From the NCBI RefSeq assembly GCF_011386835.1, contig NC_088809.1, positions 9,672,001-9,736,000 on the forward strand: a stretch of 64,000 bases of DNA, read 5' to 3'. Positions within the stretch are counted from its first letter, which is position 1, and every line of letters starts with the position of its first letter. The stretch comes from Chrysemys picta bellii. Lineage: Eukaryota. Below, one piece after another: positions 1 through 13,877 of this stretch. The translations under genes were made by a program, and so were the position numbers. The notes below the pieces were generated by a model, which saw only the letters and a list, made by a program, of their open reading frames with translations, searched no databases and had not been told where the DNA came from.

Positions 1-3000
1 GTTGCACAGTGCCACAGATGGGTTTTGTAAAGTAGTCTACTCACCCCTGTTGTATTAACTCATATTGTAAAAGAGGCCATGAAGATCCCTGACACTATAT
101 TGAAAATAAACACTGCAAGTACACTTAACAACACCAATATGTTATGGAAATAATACCTTTGCATAAATTAGCAAGCAGTATAAATTTTAAATAGTTCTAA
201 TTAAATATTTGAGTGAGGCTAACTTGGTAGCAGCAAAGAATTGTCCCAAAACAACCCGTGTGAATCCTTTCAGGAATTCAATTTAAAAAAAATGCTGTAT
301 AAACAAGTGTTCAAAACACAAGATATCACCAAACTTGTGAAGGAATTTGGAATTGTTTTTTCTAAACCAGTCTAGACACTATAGAACCAGATGAGTTTTA
401 GTCCTCAAAATGTGTTTGAATATCTTTATTGATATTAGATGCAGCTTTTTTAAATCTCAGATTTTTCTGCCCCCCCCCCCCCCCATGTCCCTCCCATGCA
501 CTCCCCCCAAGAAAGTCCTTTGAGGGGAAAAAGGCAATTAAGTGTCAGTCAGGAAAAACACCATCTAATTTTCATGAAAAACTACACAGATTCTCAAAAC
601 TCACTCCTCTGGTGCTGGTGTGAGCTTTTGCCGTGTGAAAACCAGAGGGATTATATTGTGTCTGATAAGGTTCTGATAAGATTATTCTTCTAGCTATATT
701 TAGAACTTCAAGTACGTTTCAGGTTTAAGTTTAAATTTGTAAAATTTGGTTTTAGAAAAAGGGGATTACGCTAATTTTAAATGGTTAAATTGTACCAGTT
801 TCTTAATTAGTCTTACAAGATAGCAAAACTAAGAAACAAATTCTGTTGGAAATTAGCAATTACTTTGTAACATACACTGCTTTTAATCAGCGTGCATGAT
901 AAATGGGAAAAGACTTAACTGCTTTATGTAATAAAACATCCAGGGGCCATCTTCTGGATTAAATATAAATTTATATAATTCCTTCAGTATGGAAGAAAGT
1001 CACACATTTATAGTCCGTTTTTTCTTTTTAACTATGTTAAAAGTGAATTTACTGCTAACCGAAGGTGATTGACCAACAGCACTGGAATAGAAGTCCTCTC
1101 TTCATACACAGAACATAGTCAGTGGCAGTATAACCCTACTTACAATGCTCACTGTCAGAAGTGTGCATTAGCTTTGACCCTCTTACATCTAGAAGTAAGG
1201 GTCCAGGAGTTCGTTCTCTATGCCCAGTTCAGCCTTGAGCTTTCTTTTAGCAAGAAAAGGGTTTCAATGATGGTTACAACCTGTTTCTTTACTGAAGGGT
1301 CCTGGATTTTGACCCCCTGGTGACCAACACCAAAGAAGTTCAGTTCCTACCAAATTCTTCCTGCCACAGCATCTCTGTTTAGGATTCTTCCTGGTCTCTG
1401 ACCATTGTGCTCATTACATATCACTACGTGATTTGTTAAGGCACCAGATGTGGGAGACAGCCATACTCTCTTGGTGGTAGTGAGGGGTGGGGGGAAGAGA
1501 AATTGCTACTACAATCTGCCTGGAGTGGGGGAGAGAGTAGGGTGTGGGGGGAAGAGAGCACACTCTTCACTTGTGTGTTACGCAGTCTTTTCTGGAGTGA
1601 AGGAGTGTAGTTTTAGTTTATTTTCTGCCCTAAATGAATGGGTCAAACTACTTATGCTTGATGCCTCTGGTGATATTGTTTTTTGTGAAATGACTTGCAA
1701 ATGAATTGAGAACACCAAATACTATGGAATGGTAACAACATCATCACTGTTTGTACAGCACCTAGCACAATGAGGACCTGTCTATGACTAGGTCCCTGAG
1801 GGGCTACGGTCATACAAAACTTAATTGTAGCATAGGCTCCATTTGAACAAGTTACTTTTATATCTGAGAAGTACCGAAATCTATGTCTAGTGACCCCGAT
1901 GGGTAGGTTTAGAACAATTCACTTGTGCATTTAATATGACACTAACAACATTTCCATATATAAAAAGATAATGTCACAAAATCTGACCTGTGTGCATACA
2001 TCTATTTGTGTTTGCAAAAAAGGAAAAAGCAACCTGTAACAGAATCGTGCAAAGCATTAGAATTGCATTAGTATATCAATTAAACATTGGTGCAGTTCTA
2101 TTATAATCCTGTAAATCCTTCTAACTCATTCACACCTACTATGGAGTCTAACCCTTTCAGTTAATATTGTCCCATAAATACAGTAGCTGGCTTTCAATTG
2201 CTTGGTTATATTCTAGGCAGAGTATTTTAGTCCTCTCTGTCAGCAGAATAGTATATTCCTCCCACATCTCAATAGCAATTAATCATACACATAAATGGAG
2301 CATTCTTTATAACCCTTCCTGTCCTAATGGCTCTTCCCAACACCTGCACTCACTAGGTCTCCTGCAATGAGAGTGCTTTTTGAATTTGCATGGGAAGTAA
2401 ACAGATGTACAGGTACTATTTAAAAAGGAGGAAAATGATAGTGTATGAAGCTTTGAGAGTAACTTCAAAGCAGGAATTTTAGTCTATGCAGTTTTCTAAA
2501 GAAAATACAGCTTTTTAGATTTGCATAAAGGGGTCAGTTCTATTTTTATCTGTGAAAATTACTTTAATTAAGAAGCTGCTTTTCTCTCTACCTTCATCAT
2601 CCTAATTTAAAATTCGCTACACATTAGAGGAGTTACTCTTTACCCATTTCACGAGAATTTCATTAATTTCTACTGGGGGGGGGGAGAAATGAGTCTTGAA
2701 TAACTGATTCCGAGTGCAGGCTTTCCTCCACTTTCAAACAGAGAGGGAACACTTTCTTAACTGAATTATTGATACCTTTTCAGGAAGACTATGGCATAAG
2801 AGAATTGAAACTGACCTTCTATGAATCAAATTTAATGTGCATTAAGAAAAAGGAAATGAATGTGGTCCAAAAATCTATTTCCCATGCATAGATCTGATGA
2901 TAGGAATAATGTGTTTTAAGATGCAGAAGTTTAGTACTTGATCTGGGAGACTGATATGGCTGTGTAATTAAAGAAAGAGAGAGAGAGAGAGAGAAAATAG

Positions 3001-5699
3001 TTAGTTGGCAGCCCAATTCAGTGTATCTCGTAAGTGGCTAACCGTTTAAAATTGACATCATACAGAATCATAATATTTTGTTTTTAAAAACATTAGGGCA
3101 GTATTTCTGCCAGGATTTTAGAAAAGGGAAGAAGAGATAAGCTATCTGTCTGTGGGGAGGAAACTACTAAATATTTGAAAACATAAGTAATTGCAGGTAA
3201 ATCTTGTTGGTGTTACCAGAGACTACGTTTAAAAGTTAAGGGAGGCTTATGGGGCAGGGAATGTCTGAGGTTAAAATGTTCTCAAATGGCACCCATCAGG
3301 ATGTTTAAGTAAATCTTGCTAAATTGGTATATAGATATCAGTGTGGCAGAGACTAGATATAATGCAAAGATTGAAGAAGACCATGTACTTCAATCTGTGT
3401 AATCAGTTTGCTTAAAGCACTTATCACTAAGGAGGTTTTTACTTTCCTTCAGATCCCTGATGTAGGGACGGTTACTTGCTGTCCAGTAAATGAACTCAAG
3501 AGAAGTGCCAAAACCCCGTAGGATTAAAGTAAAAAAAAAAAAAAAAAAGCCTGCTAATATGAAAACAGAAGTGAATTACACAGCTATGAGCTAATATGTT
3601 TGATGGAAGGCGAAACTGGCTTCTGTTGTGTTAAACTACTAAATATACAGAGGAAACAATGAATTTAAAAAAATCTGGATGATGGCAATGTGAGACGGGA
3701 TACAGATAAGGCTGCATCTGACCTGGGAGTCAGAAGATCTTCCATTGTTTGTTGTAAAGTTTTCCGAATGCACATTGAGGAAGAAAAGTGTCCTGAAGCT
3801 ATGTGACTTGAAGATTTCCGGTGGATTGACCTAAGAGTCTGGAGTTGGCAAACTATCCCTTATTTTATCACTGCCACGGTATAATCTGTAGAATCGTGTT
3901 TGGAGGTTTTATATTTTTCTAAAGAATTCTGTCAAATATTGCCTATTTCAAATACCCACATGGTTAGAGCCTTTGGATTCTTGAAACATTTTAAATTCCT
4001 TTTCCTGTTGGTTTTTTTAAACAAAAATATTTAAGCCTTTCTTAGAAGGATTGTAGTTGAATTAGCTAGTTTTTAAAATACAGTTTGTTCTAACTTTAGA
4101 TTTTCCCCCTCCCCATTTATTTGTACAAGATGAGGCAACATGTGGGAGTGTCTGCAGAGCTGTCTATTCCTACAATTTAAAGAAATTATGAGCCTGACAG
4201 TTCTCTCCATTTAGTAACTGGAATGAGTACCACCTTCTAGCACCACTAGTATTTGAGTGTATTCTTTTGGAGTGCAGATCAGCTGCTGAGTTATTGTAAC
4301 TACCTTTGATATGCGACTCCGGGCTCAGGTACCTCACTACAGCACAAGGTGGCGTTTGCTGAAAAAAATATCATTCAGAGTTCCTTAAACTGTGATTCTT
4401 GGCCTGCTTATTTCTAACTACTGTAAAGCCACTGTATGCCTGGAGATTTGATTGTGTTGGGCCGGATGTGGATTTAGAAGGGAAAAAAAGAAAAACACTG
4501 GGATTAGAACAGTGTAGGAAATGATGCAGTTTACTAAACTTCAGCTGTAGGAGCAAGTTTGAACTTCATAAAATAAATGAATCAAGAAGCCTTTAGAAAA
4601 ATATTCTCAAAGTCTGTAGACAAATGTACCGTGTAGGTTTGGTTGCCACTGGTATTGAGATGAATGACATCAAGAATTTCTACAAAGGAGCATTAAATAG
4701 TAAATGAAAGCTGTAGTTCCTTTGGGAAGCTCCAGTGTTATAAACTAGAGAGAAAAGCTCAAACAGTTTATAGACTGCAGCAGAGCTATGAAAGTAAATT
4801 ATATTAATGGATTCAGTCCATAGAACTTCTTGTATACTCTGTAGGAGGGAATTTTTTGATAGTCTTGGGACATGATCTTTTTGCTTTCTATCCTGGCACA
4901 GAACACCATGGTATCTAAATGACTTAGCCATAAAAGAACTGTTAGTATTTATTTTTACAGTGCTCCAAAGTGTTCTGGTTGTTAGGGTACAAACAAAAAG
5001 ATGTCATCCCTCTCTGAAATGCTTAAGTGCCAGCATAAGATTTGGGAGCTTTTGGAAAAACAACAAATAACTGAGAGAGACGAATAATACCTAGAGTATT
5101 ATGATGAGTAAAAAGTCACAAAACAAGTTAACATTAATATTTATAATTTGGAAAAAGCAAACTTTATGAAATAGAACATCATTAAACAAACGTGGACCAC
5201 ATCAGCAAGGAAACTTAGAACAACCAGACTTAATTGTTAGGGCCCTTGCTTATTCAGTCCACAGGATGGACCTGCTCTGGGGATGAAACAGGGTGTGTAG
5301 TAAAGGAGGCTGTAGTCTGTAGGGCCCCAGCAGAAATGGAAGGTGTGTGGTAAATGAGGCAGGGATTGCAGGAGGACACAGGAGGGTCTCAGTTTAGACA
5401 GTTGAACACTACCCCCAAGAATTGAATTCTATCCTTGCTTTTGCCACAGAGTTCCTTTGTGATGCTAATACAAGTCACTTAAACCAAACTTTTTTCACAA
5501 GTGGTCACTAACTGTGTGTTCCTCATTTTCCACCCAACTTGAGACCCTGCCGTTTGATTTGCAGAAATTCTGAGCACTCTCAGCTGCAGCTGAAGCCAGT
5601 GGGACCTGTGCTTAAATATATAAAGTTCTTTATAACACTAACTACTCATAAAAGTCAGATTCTAGACATCTCAAATTGGGCACCCAAAATTAATTAATA

Positions 5700-6405
5700 C
5701 TGGAAGCTGCAGGGACCCCATTACCTAGTGGCTGTGAGGGGTCCCTCTGCCACCCTGTGGGGCTAGAGTTGGGGAGGGTACCTGCACTGCTCTGCGGGGC
5801 TGGGAGCTGCAGGACACCTCCTGCCAGCACTGAGCCACTCCGGGGTACCTCTGCTGCCGTAAGCTGGGAGCTACAGGGGGCTCCCCCTGCCCGCTACCAC
5901 TGGGCCACTCCAGGGTCCCTCAGCCGCCGCCAGCGGCTGGGAGCTGGGGGGGGGGGCAGCTGCTTGCAGTGGTTGAACAGCTGCAGGGGGGGGGCTTGCT
6001 AGCAGTAGCGGCTGGGGAGCTCTGGGGTCCCCCCCAGCCCACTGAGCAGCTCTGGGGTCCCTCTGCTGCCATCAGTGGTGGCTGGGAGCTGCGCAGGGGA
6101 GGAGAGGGGAGGGCGGCTGCTCGCGGTGGCTGAGCCGCTGCATGAGGGACCCCTGCCAGCAGCAGTGGCTGAGCGGCTCAGGGGTCGCCACCGATGGCAG
6201 TGGCCAGTCAGTTGCAGGGGATCCCCCACCCCCAGCTCCTGGGCAGCTGTGGGAGGGTCCCCTGCCACCTGCGGAGCTTGGGCTACTGCAGGATCCCCCA
6301 CTGCTGGCAGCGGTTGGTCATCTGCGGGGCCTCCAATGTCACAGAGGTCATTGGAAGTCACAGATTCCATGACTTCCATAACCTCCATGACATAATCTTA
6401 GCCTC
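5700..6405. repeat. GC-rich interspersed element, unclassified (internal GGGAGCTG/GGGATCCCC motifs)
   Basis: Abrupt GC-rich block in an AT-rich NLK intron, ending in GTCA..GAAGTCA..GATTCCATGACTTCCATAACCTCCATGACATAATCTTAGCC; its ORFs are low-complexity. Confidence 0.55.
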
Positions 6406-8494
6406 AGCGATCATGTTATTAAAGACTGTATTATAACGCATATGCACAAGGGGGCTGAATTAGTGTTGCACAGGCAACCTTAACTCTGTCATTCCCTAAC
6501 TTTTGATGGTAAACAATGCCAGCCTTAACAGCTAATAAACAACAAAAAGTTTTTGGTCTCTTTCAAATGGTTAATATCTGACTAAGAGAAGATTAACATG
6601 CCATATCCTCAAACCTTTGAACCTTGTGTCAAACCATGGGTAAGAGGATAAAAGGCTGGGGACATACTACTTAGAAAAATGAATGGGAGTTTGTGATGTG
6701 AATATTTTAAATATATACATGTATGTAACGTCTATCAGAAACTCTTGTTTCCTCATACTTGACATGCAACTTACTGTCTTTAGAAAATGCAGACCTAAAA
6801 GTATGTAGCTCACGTACACTTCTCAGAGGACAAGGTTATCACAAAAGCATGCAGTGTATTATCTTGTCCTGTAGAACGTATCTGGCCTTAGATACATTAG
6901 CAGACAAATGCCATCTATGGAGAAAATTTAAAAAAAAAAGGGGAGGGGGAGAAATGCATCAAAACTGTTGTGCCATTTGAAAGGAAATTTTCGTAAATAG
7001 CTAAAATCGGCTCTTTGAGTGCCTGTCGGTCCATGCTGTACAGTTTCTTTCCTCGTGCTCTAAACTGAGGGCATAAGGGGTGGAGTGGACCGCCTGCCTC
7101 TCCAGTTCTTTCTGACCTGTGCATGGTCTGCGACAGAACACTCCAGTGTCCTTGAAGCTCTTTCTTCTGTATCTTTAGTTATTAAAATAGTTGTAGATAG
7201 TTTTAGCTGTTTTAGTACAGTTAGGGATTGGGAGTCCTTTTTTCTGTTTGGGGGTCCCCTCTGCCTTCTTTCCAGCATGGACAGGGAGAATCACTAAGGC
7301 AGCAAGGCATGATTGTCATGCACAATAAAGTGAATATTCATCTCCTGAGAAGTTTGTTGTCTTAAATATTGCAAACATACAACATTGCTTCTTAATTTCC
7401 AAATAAGTGTATTAAATAATTTTATTGTAGTAGCGGGTAAAAGTTTTTGATACAGTCAAATGGGACTGGTTACATTAAGCTGTTTCTGATCTTACAAAGA
7501 CATCTAACTTTCAAGGTTTTAAAGTCAGTGTTTTGTGTAGGTACTGACAGTCTGAAAATATTTGGCTAATGGGAGTAAAAAGTTGTCATAAATATAATAT
7601 TCAGGTGTAGAGTGAACCATAAATCCAAACCTCTGCCCCTTGGACTGTGTATGTGTGTACACACTCGACAGTATTCTCCTGTTTATCGAAACACTGTATT
7701 ATCGGAATCCCTTTCTTAGCCTCCGTGTATCTCAGGAGTGACTAAGCAGGGTTGTCTCACTGGAGCTGCAGAAGGCTCCCTTTGCTGCCACAGGACCTGT
7801 GACACCCAATCCCTGCAAATGCAGGCTGTGGTCCTGGCTGGGCAGAGCAGAGATCTCTTCTCTGCCCTGAACCTTGCATTGGAAGGAATCAGGTGTCACC
7901 AGCCCTGCCTCAGCACAGGGAGCACTCTGTTTTGGGAGTGAGTGAGTGGGACAGAGGAGGACAAGCCGCTGGCTGCAAGGAAGTTCACCCGGCTGCTGAA
8001 TGGCTCCAGCCCTCTAGATTTTCCAAACCTCTGATTATCCAAATAAAATCCATGCACCCCCGTGCTATTTGGATAATCTGGAGTATACTATATTTGTCAG
8101 ATGACCCATTTTAAAAAAAATAGAGCGTCACAATGTTCTGTAGTAGTAGTAGTGCTGCAATAGACCATTAGGAACAACTCAAAATCTTTCAGCCACAGGT
8201 GCCGTGGTTGTCCATCAAAAATCTACATGTACTCCTAGATGCTACACAGTGGTATCTTAGGTACCCCAGATAGCAGTATTGCCCTATAGTTCATCTTCTA
8301 GTTGATTCTGTGTGGTAGCTGGTGATAAAAAGTTGACTTTTGAATGGCCACCACTATATAAATTTACTTGTGGGGAAAATTGAAATAAAATTGCAACTCA
8401 GTCTAAAGTCTTTATTAAGGAAAAATCATTGATTACCTTTCATTCAGATTTGCTGAGTTGAGCCGTAGCAATGATCTTCATGTTTGAGGTTCAT

Positions 8495-8780
8495 CGATTC
8501 CAGAAGGGACCATTGTCATTATCTAGTCTGATCTGTATAGCACATGTGGTAGAATTTCCCCAAATAATTCCTTTTGAACTAGACACAGCCAAACTTGATT
8601 TAAAAATGGCCAGTGATGGAGAATCTACCATGATTCTTGCTAAAGTGTTCCAATGATTAGTTACCCTCATTGTTAAAAATTTGCTCCTTATTTTCAGATT
8701 GAATTTGTCTAGCTTCAACTTCCAGCCATTAGATCTTGTTATATACCTTTTGTCTGCTAGATTGAAGAGCCTGTTATCAA
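8495..8780 (-). mobile_element. CR1 LINE 3' fragment
   Basis: Minus-strand peptide TRSNGWKLKLDKFNLKIRSKFLTMRVTNHWNTL..VDSPSL.IFKS matches the CR1 ORF2 C-terminus. Confidence 0.88.
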
Positions 8781-8939
8781 ATATTTGTTCCCCATTATAG
8801 GTGGCAGAAAAGGTGTATTTCCCTTTCAGCAAAATGTATATCTTGGTAATTGATGTAATAAGCACTTTTTTTACACTGTTATATTATACAGGACTGATAT
8901 GACATGACTTGGATGAATACTTTTTCCTCCCTCTTACAG

Positions 8940-9026
8940 CCATCCCTTCCTGTCCTATATACACTTTCCAGCCAAGCTACACATGAAGCAGTTCATCTCC
9001 TTTGCAGGATGTTGGTCTTTGATCCA
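8940..9026 (+). CDS. NLK: Nemo-like kinase, internal coding exon (PSLPVLYTLSSQATHEAVHLLCRMLVFDP)
   Basis: Polypyrimidine-CAG acceptor ending 8939, GTAAGT donor at 9027; 87 nt, phase 0/0; peptide matches the recalled NLK kinase C-lobe. Upstream exons were not found in the window. Confidence 0.96.
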
Positions 9027-9918
9027 GTAAGTGTTGTTTTTTTTTATATATATTCAACTCTATTTAAATGACACACCTTGTTATATTTTGCATAGATGAA
9101 CATTGTGGATAAAGGATTGTTTTTCCTTGGGTTTCTTCTATACCACCATTTTTGTGCCTTCTGTTCTGCAAAGTCCATATAAGTGGTCCTGTGGGCATGG
9201 AGTACGCTGAACAATCTGGAGTTCGCCTACAAATAATAGTCTCCCTTTTAAAGAAAGAAGGCATGGAAATGTGGCATCTGAGGGTGTTTGTGAATCATGC
9301 CATTTTTCTCCCTGGTTTGGTTAGGTGTAGGTAGCAGAGCGTTAGATACTTGGATTCAATTCTAATCAGTGATGCGTGGGCATGCATAGCCGTGTAACAT
9401 GAACATTTCCTTCTGTCTTATACACACCATCACATAGGGGATTTTTCGTCATGCACCTGTCTTTCTAATTGGAATCAAGCCCTTGCTGCTGTGGGCTTCA
9501 GCTCTTGGGCTCACTCTCCAACTTTGTCATTTAAAAATTTGATATCTAAATTTGTAGTCATTTCTGCCCTTGCACCTTGAGAGGAAAATCCTTAAAATTG
9601 CAATTGAATAAGATAAGACAAGCCAATGATGACTGTCCTGAGTAGCAGGAAGCCAGCAGCTGATCATCAGAGTGTTCAGGCGGTATCTTTGCTTGTAACT
9701 GAAAATACTGTAAAAGCTTTTGGCAAACAAACAACAGGGACATTTAAAATAAACAAATCAAATGTTGAATAGTAACTTATTTACATGTGGCCTGATTCTC
9801 AGAAGCACTGACACCCAAGCATCACATTGAAGTCAAGGGAAGCTGCGGGAGCTTAGCTACTTTGAAAACCAAGCCTGCAGTCTTAAGAACAGGTGCTGTA
9901 TACTCTGATATTTCAAAA

Positions 9919-10060
9919 GGGGAGACAGTGTAGTCTAGTGGCTAAAACACGTAGCCAGGATGCTTGAGTTCTATTTCTAGCTTTGCCACTGACTTGCTCA
10001 GTAATTTTGGGCAAGTCACTTAACCTTTCTGCTGTTTTTTACTCCTCTGTGAGGTGAGAA
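9919..10060 (+). mobile_element. Ancient MIR/CORE-like SINE
   Basis: Degenerate A/B boxes and core GCCACTGACTTG....TTGGGCAAGTCACTTAACCT. Confidence 0.6.
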
Positions 10061-10875
10061 TTTAATTATGCTTTGCATTTGCAATAACAGCTTCCATCAA
10101 AACATATCTCAAAGCATTTTACAGAAGTGGGAATTATTCCTTATTTTACAGATGTGGGGAATCAGAGACATGGAAAGATTAAGTGGCTTGCTTTGTCACA
10201 TAAGAGCCGGTTTCAACAAGTTGGAAATAAAATGTAGATTGTATAATCAAAGTCCACTGCTCTAACCTCTGTGTCATCCTAGCTACTCTACTGTACTTCC
10301 TTCAACAAGGGTACTGTGAAACTTAATGTACAAGTGCTCCTAATGACCTCAGATGCACATGCTTAAGTCAATTGACTTTAATGGGTTGTAAGCGTGTACT
10401 TAACTTTTCGCATGTGCTTAAATGCTTTGCTCAATAAGGGCTTAAACTTAAGCATATGTTGAAATGATTTGCTGAATAGATGCCTGTACTAGCACAAAGG
10501 ATTCTTTGCTACTGTTAAAAGTATTATTTTGGTTATTGTAGCACTTACTATAATAAATTTAAATGTAAAAAGTAATTATTGTGAAACATATTTCAGAAAC
10601 GTTTTTATAGCATAAACTTCTGATACTGGATGCTGCATAGAAAAGTTATATATGTATGTATACACGCACACAAACGCACTATATATATAAAAAATTCTGC
10701 TTGTTTTTTAGTAAGATACTCCCCCTAGTGGTGTAACTGTCAAGTATATTTAATGTGGGATTTAGAAAACGGTAGAGGTGAATCTGTGGGAAAACATGCT
10801 GTGTACAAAACAAGGCACTGAAAATATTTACCTTTTATTACAAATACACTAACTGTTTTTAATTTAATATTTCAG

Positions 10876-11074
10876 TCCAAAAGAATATCCGCTAAGGATG
10901 CCTTAGCTCATCCGTATCTTGACGAAGGGCGATTGCGGTATCACACTTGTATGTGTAAATGTTGTTTTTCCACCTCTACCGGAAGAGTTTATACCAGTGA
11001 CTTTGAACCCATCACTAATCCCAAATTTGATGACACTTTTGAAAAGAACCTCAGTTCTGTTCGTCAGGTGAAAG
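10876..11074 (+). CDS. NLK: NLK coding exon (SKRISAKDALAHPYLDEGRLRYHTCMCKCC...SSVRQVK)
   Basis: TTTCAG acceptor, G/GTGAGT donor; 199 nt; MAPK-family RISAKDALAHPYL motif; continues the frame of the previous exon. Confidence 0.97.
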
Positions 11075-12516
11075 GTGAGTATCGTGCACTCTTCATGTTT
11101 AGGTTTGTATCTCCCTGCTCTATCCTGGTCAGTACATAGTTGGAATCTAGAATCTCCACTGTATGTAGTGAGCCAGCCACCCTGACCCATTAGGTGTTTG
11201 CCTGTGGTAGGCAGTGGAGTTGCAGTTTCTCTACCAGATAACTTTATTTTCTTACTGTTTTGATAGAGAGAATGCCATAAAATAGTTGGCATATTGATTT
11301 CTGTCCCTACTGGTATTTTCTCCTGAGTTGACAATCCATATTGGAGAATGGCATGTGGGAAAGATGGAGTTTTAGCAGGGAATTGTATTGAAAAAACCCC
11401 ACCACAACCAATGTAAGGAAAAGAGTGTGGATCAGTGATGACTGTGCTCCATAGAAGAGTCAGCCTTCATCAAGTAGTTTGCAGAAGCTGGGTAGTTTCA
11501 TAGTACTCCCACTTAATTCTATCACTTTCTGTTCACATTGATACTGCCATGTCAAATGCCTTAAAAGCAGCTGCCATCTTAAGCTCTTTTGCTGGTGCCA
11601 TTCCAGGAATCTGGCAGTGGTACAAGGGGCACGCTCTGAGTCTTGACATGCCATGATGAGGGAAATTGATTTTGATGCTTGAAAGTAGTAACCTTCCACA
11701 GCAGTAGTTCCTTAACACTAGACATCGTTCTGTGCCATTAGAGACTTGAAGTCCAATCCCAACATAACAAACCACAATATAAATGTTGGGTTTTTTAAAC
11801 ATGACCCAGCAGTATATTGCCTTGGGAGAACGAATGGGGACAGAGGAGGAACATAGCATGAATAGGGATTTTGTTTTACAGGAGAGATCCTCAATACATT
11901 TCTTTCAGACAAAATATAGATGGAATAACATATGCATTTCTGAGGTTTTTTTTTTTCATGATTCATAAGTAACAAATGATTTAAGAATAATCATTTAGGA
12001 GAAGTTCATTTCTCTGTCTCACTCAAAAAATAAAAAATATACCCACAATATTGCCATGACACCTTGAGTTATCTGCCCTGTTGGGTACCATGTTTCTGAA
12101 ACGTTCAAAGTTTTTGCTTCTGTGAATTTATAGAACTTTCTTTGATCCGATCACTCTGCCCCTTCTGTTACCTCACTGTCCAGCCCTTTTCAGTGGCGTG
12201 CATCCTTCTGCTGTGCGTTACGTAATCTCGTGCACAGTCAAAAATCAAGCTAGAAAGAACTGTTCTCACTCGTCTTAATTTAATTAATATGATGCTAACA
12301 AAAAAAATAGATATACGGGTATAAGGTTTGTTAGACTGGGAACTTGAAATACTAAAAAATGAGAACATTTCAATTAAAATGTTGATTTTAAAAATTCCTA
12401 CTATGTGCCATAAACACAATGTGTCTAATTTTAATTTCATTTAAATTTCCATTTTAATACCTCAATAGAGAGGTATATGCTAATGTACTACTTTATATGT
12501 GTATATAGAGAGAGAG

Positions 12517-12718
12517 AACAGGAGTACTTGTGGCACCTTAGAGACTAACAAATTTATTAGAGCATAAGTTTTCGTGGGCTACAGCCCACTTCTTCGGATG
12601 CATATGCTTATGGATATACGAAAGCTTATGCTCTAATAAATTTGTTAGTCTCTAAGGTGCCACAAGTACTCCTGTTCTTTTTGCGGATACAGACTAACAC
12701 GGCTGCTACTCTGAAACC
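12517..12718. mobile_element. Short Penelope-derived insertion with inverted (hairpin) arms and 11-bp TSD
   Basis: 12516-12574 is the reverse complement of 12619-12677 (1 mismatch); TAGAGAGAGAG at 12506-12516 and 12719-12729; same tail as the Penelope at 13786-15211. Confidence 0.88.
12562..12601 (-). ncRNA. Variant hammerhead motif (CCGAAGA core, stem III palindrome broken)
   Basis: Reverse complement GCAT-CCGAAGA-A-GTGGG(CTGTAG)CCCAC-GAAAA-CTT-ATGC. Confidence 0.55.
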
Positions 12719-13597
12719 TAGAGAGAGAGGTTTTCAAAACTGATTTTTATTAAGGATTTTTGTGAACATTAATATCTTTTTTATTAACTAAGGAACCAAA
12801 TGAATGTACTACTTTGTGCCTCGTTTGGTGCTAAGATGCAAGCAATGTCAGCTGTACATCTCACGAAGCAAGGACATTGTGTACTATTCCTAATGAAATA
12901 ATGCCAATCTATTCAAGGATTTAAAAAAATGCCACAAACCTCCAGGGCCCATGCAAAAATGGCAATTGGAGTAGGCATTCTTTTTCCTAACTTGAATATC
13001 TATTGTGGCATGCAGCTGCAGATCCTATCTTGTACGCGAGTACCAACGTGGGTCTTACTTTTACCCATCTTTAATTTTACTGTGCTCTCAAAAGCCCTGC
13101 AGTTCACTGACATATAAAACGAATCTGCACTCTCAAACTGCTGCAAGGGAGAAAGAAATATCTACTCCATTATAGGCCATGTAACTTCCATCCTCCTCCT
13201 CCCAATGAAGTTGTGCAAGTAAATTTGGGAGGAGTATAGCATGTGCCTGAGGAGATCCTTCATAGGTGAGAAGGGCAGATTCCTCCCACATGTGATGAAG
13301 CAATAGCTAGCTAGCAGCATCGTAACTCCTGGCAAATACCTTGCGTTATTTAAAAAAAAAAAAAAAATCCTATAGCTAAAACATTTTATCTATATAAAAA
13401 CCTTGCCCCTTTTCCCTCTGCTGCATATGTATGCGCACAGGACTTCCTGTGGCAGGGCCACATTTGTAATGTCAGATCCTGCTGCTTAAAGCTGTCAGGC
13501 CAATGATATGGGAGAGCCCCATCACATTGCCAGCGTCAATGGCCCTGTCATACATCCTGTATGTTTGCCGTGTGATGGCCAGGTTGGTCCCAGGATA

Positions 13598-13742
13598 TTA
13601 GAAAGACAAGATGGGTGAGGTAATATATTTTATTGGGCCAACTTCTGTTGGTGAAAGAGACAAGCTTTCGAGCTTACAGCTTCTCTTTCACCAACAGAAA
13701 TTGGTCCAGTAAAAGGTATTATTTCACCACCTTGTTTCACTG
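13598..13742. mobile_element. Second short Penelope-like repeat family, inverted-arm remnant
   Basis: Imperfect approx. 48-bp inverted repeat (13613-13660 vs 13683-13730) around CAAGCTTTCGAGC; a related fragment lies at 37670-37735. Confidence 0.6.
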
Positions 13743-13837
13743 ATCTAGTAATCAGGATCTCCTGCAAGCATTCACATCAAAGACAAAAAAAAATGAGGAG
13801 TCCTTGTGGCACCTTAGAGACTAACAAATTTATTTGG

Positions 13838-13877
13838 GCATAAGCTTTCGTGGGCTAGAACCCACTTCATCAGATGT
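13838..13877 (-). ncRNA. Minimal hammerhead ribozyme motif (inverted arm copy)
   Basis: Reverse complement ACAT-CTGATGA-A-GTGGG(TTCTAG)CCCAC-GAAAG-CTT-ATGC. Confidence 0.72.

Noticed and set aside
5757-6436. Cluster of 76-129 aa ORFs on both strands
   Set aside because: They lie in a GC-rich interspersed repeat within an NLK intron; no splice or domain support.
1-8939. Upstream NLK exon (expected LDLITDLLGTPS...GPHKQ)
   Set aside because: No matching frame found by eye; it presumably lies before the window.
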